Source of the DNA: Podarcis melisellensis
Lineage: Eukaryota
DNA length: 64,000 bases
Assembly: GCA_964234715.1 (NCBI GenBank)
Contig: OZ174290.1
Strand: one strand, 5' to 3'
Numbering within the stretch: position 1 is the stretch's first letter; the number at the start of each line of letters is the position of its first letter. The position numbers were made by a program, and so were the translations under genes. Below the pieces are notes generated by a model. That model made no database searches. It had not been told where the DNA came from and saw only the letters and a list, made by a program, of their open reading frames with translations. Of this stretch, positions 50,782 through 63,039 are shown piece after piece.

Positions 50782-51077
50782 TAAGATCTCTTAAATCAAT
50801 CAATTATTCTTTGCCAGTTCAGCTTGTTTTATTACTTGCTAATGAGTACAAATGGAGGATCAGTGAAGTTGCCTTTCTGAATTGCTCCAGCGTCAGTTTC
50901 TATTCCTATACTGTATGGAGAAATACTTTAATTACTGTTTAGATCTCTTTTTATTTTATTTTATTTTAAAAGCAAAACAATACTATTTCACTTCTTCATG
51001 GGGCTCTTATCTTGGATAGTAGGGAGAATACACTTCATTTTCTTTGAATGGTTAGGGTTAGGGTCTCACATCTCTGA

Positions 51078-51132
<55 letters not shown>

Positions 51133-51136
51133 CGTG
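51078..51136. repeat. (CT)n(GT)n(GCGT)n compound microsatellite
   Basis: Direct inspection. Confidence 0.95.
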
Positions 51137-52265
51137 CCAAGCAGGGACTCTAGATGGTGGTGGATGAAGCCCTGATTCACTGCATGTACTACACCCACAC
51201 AAACATACACAACACTCTACTCACCATTTTCTGACTCCACAGGCAGCTGTGTTTGTCTCTCTGCATCTTTCCTTTTACCAAAGGCCCCAATCCTCACTTT
51301 AGGCAGCAATCCTAACCCCAGTTTCCTGGGACTGGGAGTAATCCCCACTGAATTCAATATGACTTGCATTTCAGGAGACATGGTTAGATTCTATATTCTG
51401 TTCTATGAGTTCTACATGAGACAAGACTGAGCACGAAGAGGAAGAAGCTGATAGGCAGTGCCTCCACCCCTGGACTGGCTGTAAGCAGGCAGGTGAGGGT
51501 AGGCTGAGGTTGCTGGAATATTTTTTCTGCTATCCCTAATGGACCAGCCTCTACTGCAATAGTTGATGTTTGAAACCAGCCAGCAAAAAAGGAAAACAAT
51601 TACGAACAAGGGGCAGAAGCTGTGCATATCATGAGGGAAATGAACAATGAATTTTCTTAGAGACAACTTTTGGATAACATGGGGTTTTGTAAAACAAAAA
51701 CAATTATACTGGTATTTTGGAGTCACACCTTTTTGGGGGAAGAACCCTTTAATTTTAAGCTACAGTTTCCATTGCCAGATGTGAAAATCTGTTCTTGATT
51801 ACACGACTGTGGTCCTCCTTGGTCTCAGTGGAGTAGTGCTTGGAACCCAGCAGCATTTGGCCTCAACTCCGCCTCTACATCCCACCTCCCTCGCAGCATT
51901 TGGAGTCCATGTGCTTTGCTTAATTATGGACAGCTCCAAATATTTGCGCACCCTCTCTCGGTCTGCTGTGCACTGCCGTTTTCCAGCGCTTGAGCGTGCC
52001 TAAATCATAAAACAGAGTTGTTGTTTTTCAGTGGTGCATGGAGTGGCTATTTATAGGCTTAAAAACAACAAACCCAAGGCTGTTATTTATTGCACAAAGA
52101 CAGTGGAAAATTCTCTGGCTGGGGTGATCCCACAAAGTTTTTTTTTTTTTTAATTAGCCACATCATGTTTTATTCATCAAACACTTAATTTTAATTTGCG
52201 TGAGTGCAGAGGAGAAGACAGCTGCTTCTCCAGCTCCAGCAGAGATGTACCAGAGCTTCTTTGTT

Positions 52266-52815
52266 CATAGAATCATAGCATTGTAGACTTGGAAGGGACC
52301 CTGAAGGTGATGATCCTGCTGCAATGCAGGGATCTCAGCTAAAGCATCCATGACAGATGGCCATCCAACTTCTGCTTTAAAACTTCCAAGGAAGGAGAGT
52401 CCACAGCCTCCTGAGGGAGTCCATTTTGCTATCAAACAGCTCTTACTCTCAGAAACGTTTAGTCAGAATCCCCTCTCATAACTTGAAGCCATGGATTTGA
52501 GTCCTATCCTCCAGAGCAGGTGAAAACAAGTTTGTTCCCTCTTCATTGTGGCAGCCCTTTAGATATTTGAAGATAGCTATTATATCTCTTCAGTCTCCTC
52601 TTTTCCAGACTAAACAGACCCAGCTGCTTCAACCATTCTTAATTCAGGCTTGGCTTCCAGGCCCTTGATCATCTTGGTCGCCCTCTTCTTCACATCTTCC
52701 AGCTTGTCAACCTCCTTCTTAAACTGTGGTGCCCAGGATTGGTATGGTTTGACATAGGCAGAATAGAGTGGTACTATTGTTTCCCGAGATCTGGACACTA
52801 TACTTCTGTTGATGT
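52266..52815 (-). mobile_element. Older CR1 LINE 3' fragment
   Basis: INRSIVSRSRETIVPLYSA..WAPQFKKEVDKLE peptide; CR1 tail. Confidence 0.88.
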
Positions 52816-55800
52816 TCATTAATTAATTAATTAAGAAACCAATTAGTTTGCCTCTTTTGAGGTTCTAAGCTTTCTGTTGCAAACACAAGTTGTCTTTAAA
52901 TCAAAATCAAGACCTGCGCATTGTTAATTACAGAATGGCATGGCTATTGTTCAATGAACATGTATGGTTTCTTCTATTTAATGGTTCAGGTTTGTAGCCA
53001 ACATTAGTCCTACTGCCTGGCATTGGATCTAGCTCCACCTACTGTTGAGCTCCATGCCTTCTGCCCTATCAGTCCAAATGGGCACCAGACACCACTGTTT
53101 CCAGGGTATTTCATTCAGTCTTCTCTCGCCTGGTTTCCCAGCTCAGCCCAAGCCAATCACAGTCTCTCAGCACTCTACAGCTCCAGAACAATTCACTAAT
53201 GGAGCAAACTCCACCACCTGGAAGATCCCAGATCAGAAGCACTCCACTCTGCAACATTTTGTTGTTGCTCCCACTTGTTTGATTCTTCTTTGTCCCAGTT
53301 GTTTTCTATTTTTCCTGTCTGCCAAAAGGCTCTTGGGGCAAATGTAAAGATTTAGCAAGCAGATTTCGAAACAACAAGCAAACAGACCAAGATGTATCTT
53401 ATGCTGTCCACTCTATGACACTCTTACTCCTTGACGTCAGCTAACTGCATGTACCCGGAAAAGTGGGCTGCCTCGCTCCGCAAGCCAGCCAGCCATCCTC
53501 TCAATGTGTCACTATTTATACAAGATGCACTTGCGTCATGTGGGTGAGCGCTCTCTCTCTCTCTCTCTCCAGCAATGATGGGGGGGGGGATAATAATGGA
53601 CCCTCCACAGTCTACATCGAGGATCTGAGCCAGGTCCCAAGCAGCGGAAGAAGGCGCTTCAGCAAGCAGCTGCATATGATAGCATTTGTTTTGAGTTGCT
53701 TTGTAATCCAGCAAAACAAGTAGGCTGAGCAACTCATGGTTTGCTCTTTCCAGGAATCCTATTATTACAGACTTGGGGGAGGGGGGAAATCCCTTTTAAG
53801 GGCGGATGGGGGAAAATTGGATTCCCTTTACATTTAAAGGTGAATCTACCTAATTCTCACTTTCTGAAACAAGACCACCTTAGACAGCTTTAAAAAGAGG
53901 ATTGGGCAAATTCATGGATGTAGATCTGGCTATGCCTTTCCTCCATGGTCAGAAGCAGTGGCCTCCTGGGTATTTAGCTCTGGTTAAACAGGTGGCTGGC
54001 TATAAATGGTTGGAATGGCAATAAATTTATTTTGGTTGCTTATGTGTACTGAGGGAGTCCTAAAACATAGCAGGGGTCTTCCCAAGAGAGTTTATTTTTT
54101 AATGTGCATTTTTCTAAATATTTTTTGCACTCTGGCAAGCAGCTGTGGGGTCCCCATTTCCCCAAAGCCTGCTGATAGCTCCCTCTTGGGTATGCTGACA
54201 TTTTGATTCCACAAGACACTCAGAGAATGAGTTTGCTTTTAGTTATATAGGGTGGAGTGTATCAAAATGTTAAACTCATTTTTATTGCAACTTATTCACC
54301 TTCCTGTATGTTGTTCTGATAGCCGCACCCCCGTGTGGGTTAGGGCATGTGGAGAAAGAAAGAGGAAATTGGGATCAGGTCTGTTATCTCTACTCCTTAC
54401 TCCATCACACATTCGGGAGAAGGTGAGGCCATGGCTTAGGGGCATAGTCTGCCTCTATGCAATGAGGAAATTGGGAAAAGGCAGGGTCTCCAATATCTCT
54501 GCCCTTTTATCCAAAGCAGCACTAAGTCTCTCGTTCTATTATTGCCAAACAGAAATCCCCCTTTCCTGTCCCCATGCACCCCTAAATCTGCTCTGGGGAT
54601 TCCCTGAACCCTTCAGAGCAAATCTGAGGAGAATGTGGGGCTAGGAATGGAGTAGGAGAGGGGGAAAGTTCTGTCATAAATGGGGACATTGGATACTGCC
54701 CTCTGTTCTGGACCATGGCAAATGGTGTTTGCCCATGATCAATGAAACAGTATGGCCAATTAAATGACTAGTCCATCTAGCTCAGTATTGTCTTTGCTGG
54801 CAGCAGCTGTCAAGAGTTTCAGGCCTTACCTGGCAATGGCAGGGATTGAATTTACAACCTTCTGCATGCACTGCTGATGCTCTACGACTGAATTATGACC
54901 CTTCCCATTTATTTGAAAGAGTGCCAGTCCTGTCCTGTATTGGAAGGCATCTTCTATGGGAAGGTCTGTCCATTCCAAGACTGATTTCCAAATTAAGGAC
55001 CATAAGAAGGGAGAGGAGGGGACTTGAAGCGGCAACGGGACCAGGTCTGGTGAGATGTATTTCTTCAATTTAAATTGTAGTTAGCATGTACATACATATA
55101 AGTTAGCATGTGTGAATTTTATGCATATCTGTGCTTTTTTACCATCTTTTGGAGGGTGGTTCATTTTTTTTCTTTTTTGGCAATGTTTATGTGACTACCC
55201 TATGATGCGCTGATGGGCACCTTGGAAGTCCAGTAAGTTTCTTCCCATAAATTATGTGCCCCCAACCCTCAAAATGTGAATGAGGAGAAGTTGTTTAACT
55301 TTAGCTTTCCCCCCAAATCACCACCCAAATATGGACCGAAATTTTGACCCACACAAATTTAAAACACATTGGGTGGGGTTGTACCCCACTAAGTTCTACT
55401 CAGAGTAGATCAACTGAAATTAATAAACCTAAGTTAGTCATGTCCATTAACTTTAATGGGTCTACTCTGAGTAGGACTAGCCTTGGTTACAGCCCATTGC
55501 TTTGTGTGCATGTGTTTTAATTTTTAATACATCCAAAAGCAGGCCTTTGAACCGTGTGGTGGATCTTGTCTCCCACTTCCTAAACTGAAACCTGACATGG
55601 CACTCCTGAAATGTCACCTGAATCCTTTGATTCTGGCGGGGATCTGACCCCTCTTGCCACGGTCTGGTGCAGGACAGGCAGCATCCACGTTCAGCCCCTC
55701 TACTTTATAGGTTCTGTCACAATCTTTAGACCAAGGCACGTGGCCAAGTCCTGCTGAACAGTGGGACGGTGACTAAACAGTAGTTATCACCGACTGCTTG

Positions 55801-56866
55801 GGAGATTTTGCAGATGCAAGTCAGAAGTTTTCTTTAGACTTTGCAAATAATTAGCCTCTGTGTTATGATAAAGACTTTCCTCTTTCCTGACATTGAAATT
55901 AAAAGCCAGGAGGTTGCACTTTTGATTCTCTTCCCTCTGTCCTCCTGGGATTTGCTTCACATTTTTCTCCTGTTTCCTTTAATGGCAGGCCCAAAGAGGA
56001 GGGAGAGGTTCTCCATGGAGAATTCAATTCGGCAGAATTACATCCGTTTCCAAGCTCTCTCCCACGCACTAACTGCAGTGCTGGTAGCTCCAAGCCCAGC
56101 CTGTGCTCCCCCCCCTACTTTTGTCTCGGCTTTGATAAACCTCCCTGTGCAATCAGCAAAGCAGCTGTTAGCCGGCTCCAATACGGTGTGATTTCCTCTT
56201 GCGGCTTCTTCAATCCTGTTTATAATTAAAGTGAAACTCTTTGCTATGCTAAGGGCTATAGGGAGAGAAAAAGTTATAAGTCATAGGCAAATGGCTTGCA
56301 TTCAAGAGCTTACTGCTTGTTCTTATTCTGGTAATGCAGCTAATACCTGGAAGTGGTTTTTTCCTCCCCAAGCATTGGACTTTGGATACTTTATTGGAAT
56401 TTTCTGAATGAATTTTAGCAGTTCATATTCTCTGCCCCTGGTCAGAGAAAGGAAGGTGCTGCTACAATAGAGTGGTCATTTATGCATCAGCCAAAGTGGG
56501 GGTGGGGGCACAGATTTGCCTAAAATTTTCATATGGTGTAGATGCAAATTTAGAAACAATTACTATAATTTATATAGAAACACAATACATCTTCCCATAG
56601 CAGAGAACAATGACATGTACCTGCTGAGTTTTGCTAGCTGGGTGCAAACTGCTGATAGGGGAACTTCAAGTCCTTTATCTTTAAACTCAGCTTAAACTGG
56701 ACCAGTGTTCAAATAAAGTGCTGTCCTCTGTAAAGTAGGACCCATGGTCACTCTTTCAGTGGTGGGTCCTCAAGTGCCTAATATTCTTCTTAGAGACATA
56801 CTCCTGGTGCCTTCACCTTATCAACTGTTAGGCACCAGGCAAATCCAGTTCACTCAGGCATTTGGC

Positions 56867-57033
56867 TCATAGGATATGATGATACACAAACTTGTACTGG
56901 TGCTCATTTTTTAGTAGGGTAGAGTAAGATCTGTCCTTGTTTATGTTATTGCAGGATGACCAATAACAAAGAAGGACAGAGCCCTACTAAAAATGAGCAC
57001 CATTACAGGTTTGGGTATCATCATATCCTATGA
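56867..57033. repeat. Long imperfect inverted repeat (fold-back), arms of ~85 and ~73 bp, 9-nt loop
   Basis: TCATAGGATATGATGATAC...GTTATTG / CAATAAC...GTATCATCATATCCTATGA. Confidence 0.92.
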
Positions 57034-58576
57034 CCCTAGCTCATGAATGCTTTTACAGTGGCAAGTTGCTTTGGGGCCTTTTTTGTAGTACTGACAAATA
57101 ACTAAATAATAATAATATGTTGTGAACTATGTTTAGAATATCACCTACCACCCCACCCCTACCCCCGTCTCTTCCTCTTCTGGGGAATGGCAGGAATCAT
57201 TCTATGTGCTGTACTTTCCAAAGCCTCCTTAGAGTGCTCTGTGGCCTGCAACTGCTGTTCTTGAGCCTTCCCTTCTTGTCCATTGGAGTTTACTTAGATA
57301 TTGTTGGGATAGCTTGCAAAGGCAGGAACCTTATGGCTTGAGTACTTTTTACTCCTTCCTCTCAGCACGCCTTTTCCTGACTGCAATTCCCTTTCTCCAG
57401 TATTGTCTCCATGGAAGCAAGTGGGTTATCAGTATGCTCATGCAAGATCAGTAATCTTGGATCTAAAGGGGTTAGGTCAAGAATGGAAAAAAAGACTCCG
57501 TATAGGCACGCTATATATTTACGACACATTGAAAGCACATGGGTTCCCACAAAGAATCCTGGGAACTGCAGTTTGTTAAGGGTGCAGGGAATTGAAGGGT
57601 AAACAAGTTTCTAGGATTGTTTGGAGGAATGCAGTGGCCACCTAAAGGACTTCTCCAAACAAGACAGAAGCCTGTTTTGTGGAGGAGGAAAACCTTCAAG
57701 AACTTGGCGGACACGTTTTGGCACAGCACAGATTGTAACATAGATGGGTCCCCTGCCTTGGCTAGATCACTATTCTACTGGGTATTTAGCATAATAGTTA
57801 ACCTAGTTCTGGTTAACCAGGTGGCTGGCTATAAATGGTTGGAATGGCAATAAATTCATTTTGGTTGCTTATGTGTACTGAGGGAGTCCTAAAACATAGC
57901 AGGGGTCTTTCCAAGTGGGTTTATTTTTTAATGCGGTGTACAAATTACTTTAAGTGACAATGCCAAGGTAGCAACAGATTTCGATGAGAACCTGTCATAT
58001 TGTAGCAAATTATATCAGTGTTACTATGATTTAGGAGGTATAATGCATCGTCTCTTATATTCAGGCACTAATGTAAAAGAAATGAAAAACTAGAGGTCTC
58101 TGGCCTTTATTTATTGAACATTGTCCCACTGATTCCCAGATCCTCTTTAAGCAGCTCATAAACAAGGTGTCCAATGCAAAGTTTAGACAAGGACAAATAT
58201 TTTTTTGAACCTTTACATTTAACACAAAGCTCTCTACTGATTCACACAGGAAGGAATAGATAGAGGTAGAATTCATAAGGGAGAAATGAAGGTTCCCCTC
58301 CTCGCCTTGCAATGAACAATGAAAGTGTCAGCTGGTGAAATATGGCTTTCTGCATCAGTTTCCTCTTTCACACCTGCTTCATTGTGCTCGCTAAAACATT
58401 TTAACCAAGTGAAATTTTCTGGACTGAGCGAGCTGAAATTTGTTCGCAAACTGGAGGTAGGTTTATTGATTTGTGTTTTCCATTCTTGCTTTTATCATGT
58501 ATTTTGTATTTTTATATTGTGTTTTCTGGTGTGAACCACTCCGAGGGCAGTATACTTACTTACTTATTTACTTACC

Positions 58577-58623
58577 AAACAAACAAACAAACAAACAAAC
58601 AAATAAATAAACAAACAAACAAA
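58577..58623. repeat. (AAAC/AAAT)n microsatellite
   Basis: Direct inspection. Confidence 0.9.
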
Positions 58624-59423
58624 GTAAAAATAAATATAAAAACAAAAACAAAAATGACAATAATAATAACAATAAAAAGTCAGTAAATAGTACTGCAATG
58701 TTTGGAGTCAATCCTGATTACCTGAAAGAATCCATTCAGGCTGTATACACAACATACATTTGAAGCACACTTACCCCCCTCATATGAACTGCAGTGTTTA
58801 AGGATCCTGGGAATTGTATCTTTGTGATGGGGAAACAACAGTTCCCAGAAACCTTTGTGTGTGTGCTATGAATATATGCTTTGAATATATGGTGTGTATG
58901 CAGGCCAGATCAGGATAGTTACTCTGGCTTTTCAAAGGGTCTTGTGCAGGAGAGCTTCCAGATGAATTGTGACTACTATTTGCACACACATGGGGTATGT
59001 GTGTGTGTGTGTGTGCACAAAGGAGTGCCAGCTTGGTCATGCAACCATGGGTGCACAGGACCATGGGTGTGATGCAGCGTGCATGGCCCTCTCACCAAAA
59101 TTTGTAGGTGCCCGGCCCCTTCAAGGGGAATTTTGTGGGTGCTCAGGTGCCCAGGGAATTGGCACCTATGGTTCTAGAATAGACAGGCAGTGGCTTCTAT
59201 GGGATGGAATGGAAAGTAAAACTGGAATGAGGACAAGGACTGAAGCGCAAGATATGGCTGCATTAGTGAGTTGTTATTGGTGTATTTCTGTGCATTTCCC
59301 TGCTCTAGCTCCTAGCTTTATCCCTCAAATTTGACTGTCTGGTTCAGTGTTTGGCTCCTGCTTCTAATCTCCTGAGTTGCCCCTGACAGTTGCTTTTGGC
59401 TCAGCCTTTACAGAAAGCACATG

Positions 59424-59425
<2 letters not shown>

Positions 59426-59472
<47 letters not shown>
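59426..59472. repeat. (AG)n microsatellite
   Basis: Direct inspection. Confidence 0.95.
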
Positions 59473-59475
<3 letters not shown>

Positions 59476-61025
59476 TTCGTGCCCTCTCCCTTCTCAAGGA
59501 GGGAGGTGACACATATAGGTATGGTCCATACATGAAGAATGTGGTAGAAGCACCCTGAAGTGGTAGCACTCTCCATATTGTTAACCACAGGGCTACCGGA
59601 AGTTGCCTTCTACTGAGTTAGAGCTTTGATCTATGTACCTCAGCATTGTCTACACTGACTGGCAGCAGCTCCCCAGAGTCTATAATATACTGTATAGAAT
59701 TTAATTGTGTCCTCCATGAATTTGTTGGTGGGTGTCACAGCCTCTTATATACTGTAATTCCATAGCTAAAATATATGCTATTAGAAGTACTTTCTTTTGT
59801 CTATCCTGAATCGTCCAACAAAGCTTCATTGGATGTCCTCAAATTCTAGTGTTGTGACAGAGGGAGGAAAACTTTTCTCTTTCCACTTCCCTCCAAACCA
59901 TTCATGATTTTATACACTTCTGTGCTGTCACCTCTTCCTTGCCTTTTCACTTAGCTAAAAAATCCCAAATGCTACAACTGATGGGCATAGTTGCTCCACC
60001 ATTTTGGTTGCCCTTATCTGGAAGTTTTCCATCTCTACAATATTCTTTTTGAAGGGAAGCCATAGGCAACAAGACATCTGCAGCGGAAACGTCTATTCCA
60101 GACCCAAGCTAAAACTCTTCGGTTTTCAATTTTTAACAGTTTTGAGAGCAGGATTCCCTTCCCCACCCCACCGCCTTAATCAGCACAAAACCAGTGCGGT
60201 GGTTTTGGATTCCCTTGCAAAAGTAAATCCATTTGCTCGAGTTGCTCTCCAGTATCCACCAGCTGATGGATCTAGCTCTTTAAAAAACGGAACACTCAAT
60301 TTGGTGGAACATAAAGCAGGAAGAGACTCAGAGGCACATTCAGTTTAATGAAAACCTTTAATAAGGGCAATCTTTTTCTGCTGGGTTTGGTTACCATATA
60401 AAGCAAATTCATTCCCCATTAAATCGAAATGGTTTCTTCTCCCTAAAGAATCCATTTGGCACTTGCTGTATTTCTCTCTGATGGTAGTGGGGGGGGGAGG
60501 GGGGGAGAAAAGAACCATGACAAATCAAATTCTCTTATACTTAAAGAGCATGAATAGGCTGAAATCTTAGGCTTGAAATTAGCCTTCTGCCATTATCTCC
60601 AAGCTGCAGTTCCAGTGGGACTCTTCTCCAGTAAGTGACTTGAGGATTGGAGTCGTTTGCATTAGAGAGAGATTCTGCAAAGCAGCGTTTAGAGCTGGGC
60701 TAAAACTATGTTTTTATAGGCCAATAAATCCTTGGCCAGAAATGCCATAAAAACTTCAGGGTCACCATTTTTCATACAAAGTGATAATCCCACAATCCAA
60801 CCATTTCTGGACACAAATCCATTATCTTTCAACCTTTTGGATATAATTTCAACTTTTTATTTATTGCCTGGCAAATGCATTCACTTTATCAGCCATTGTG
60901 ATGGTTCTAATTCCTGCACTGGAAATTCCCCCTACCCTTCCCTGTATGTTTCAGTTTTTGAGCTTCTATTCTATTCAAGTCCCACAAATGGCTTTCTTCC
61001 CCAATTTTGTGTGTGTGTGTGATTT

Positions 61026-61535
61026 CACAGAATCATAGAACTGCAGAGTTGGAAGGGACTTGGGTCATCTAGTGAAATCCCCTGCAATGCAGGAATCTCA
61101 GCTAAAGCATCCATGACAGATGACCATCCAAATTCTGCTTAAAAACCTCCAAGGAAGGAGAGTCCACCACCTCACAAGGGAGACTGTTCCACTGTCAAAA
61201 CATCTCTTACTGTCAGAAAGTTTTTCCTGATGTTTAGTTGGAATCTCCTTTCTTGTAACTTGAAGCCATTGGTTCAAGTCCTACCCTCCAGGGCAAGCAA
61301 AAACAAGCTGCTCTATTTTCCACGTGACAGCCCCTGAGATATTTGAAGATGGCTATCATATACAGTATCCTCTCTGTCTCCTCTTTTCCAGGCTAAACAT
61401 ACCCAGCTCCTTCAACTGTTCCTCATAAGGCTTGGTTTCCAGACCCTTGATCATCTTGGTTGCCCTCCTCTGACCACGTTCCAGCCTGGATTTAAGTATC
61501 CTTACTAAATTGTGGTGCCCAGAATTGGAAACAGA
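61026..61535 (-). mobile_element. CR1 LINE 3' fragment
   Basis: [36 protein letters not shown] peptide and CR1 tail. Confidence 0.88.
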
Positions 61536-62800
61536 TTTGAAAGGCATTTTGTAATGTTCCCTGTTCAGCAATGCAAGGGCTGTTGTATTTCTGAACTGAT
61601 TACTGGAGAGGAAGAGGGCAGAAAGCAGATGAGATTAGGTTTCTCTGAAACATTGGTCCAGGATCAGGGATTGAAATGGCATTTTCTCAATCTGAGTTGC
61701 TCTCCCTTCAAGCTGCTCTTTGCCAAGAGTGGAGAAGGCTGGGGAAATGAGACAGGTACCTGCATGGTAGCTGCATGTTGTCCACAGTAGGGCAAATTGC
61801 AGTTTGGGGAGGGGGTTGAATTAAATTGGGAAAACAATACAGCAGAAAAGGACTGAAGTCTCCTGTGCTTTACAGTGGAGGTTCAAACTGATTTGGGGGC
61901 CCAATGTTGCATTTCCCATTTTTTAAAAATCCATTTGAGATTCAGGGACAGGCCCTACTGACATCATATCTAGTTTGGCCTAAGATAGTTTGTAGCAACT
62001 GCTGTTGATTTGACGGCAGCAGGGCAAGTGTACTGTTTGTAGGACTTAAGTACTTCTGCTAAGTAGAACAATTACCTGTTTAAAACTTAGATTACTGGGG
62101 AAATAATAGAAATCAATATGATTTACTAAGAGCATTTGGAGAGAGGCAGAAAATCAATTTGATTGCTGTAATTATGCAACCAGGGCCAGAGGCTCTTATA
62201 GTATAAATAGCAGCTTAAGCTAGTACAGGTTATGCCCTCAATGGGTACAGAACTCTATGTCTTACGTGTAGGCTGTGTACAATCAAAGAACAGAATGAGA
62301 ACATCCAGGGGCAAAGAGAGAGAAAGATTTGGTGAAGATACAAGGGATGCACTTTGATCCTAAACATGTTTATTTAGAAAGAAGTCCAGTGGGAATGACT
62401 CCATTGCATGTGGCTGTCAAACCTCAAGGCCAGAGATTAGCTTTGCTCTCCAAGCATCAATGTCTGGCTCTTCAGACTCCTCCCTAGCGACACTCCCTCC
62501 TCAGCCCCTCCACTTTCTGGGCCTGCTTCACAACTTCCTGGAGTATTTTTGCCTGGCTGGAATGTGCCCCTGAAAGCTGATAATGCCTCTTGCTTGCCTA
62601 GAAAGCACAGCTCCAAGCAGTTGCCCACTGGCCTCACCACTTTTGCTGGGGAAATGACCTATTTGATGCTGAATTGGAGCAAATGTCAAGCAGTGGAAAA
62701 CTCAATTGACTTTTTCTGATTCAGTGGTAAATAATAGATTTCCCTGCAAAAGTGGCGGGACAAGTGGAAGTGATGATGAGCTCTAGCCCACTGTACAATG

Positions 62801-62972
62801 CAGTGGTGTAGCACTGTTTGCCGGTGCCCAGGGTGTGTGCCCAGCCTGCTGATGCGGCCCTTGATGGGCAGAGAGTAACCAGGCCACACTGGGGTCACCT
62901 GCTTGGGGTCGCCTGGTTTACACCTGCTCAAAAAGTGGCACCCCCTGGCACCCCCCACACACTAGGCACCTG
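62801..62972. mobile_element. hAT MITE related to 50139-50285
   Basis: CAGTGGTGTAGC start; TSD gtacaatg/gtacaaag. Confidence 0.7.
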
Positions 62973-63039
62973 GTACAAAGCTGTAATTCACACTTGTTGC
63001 CCTGCCCATGTTTGCCTTTGGACCTGTTTGCTAAAGGTA

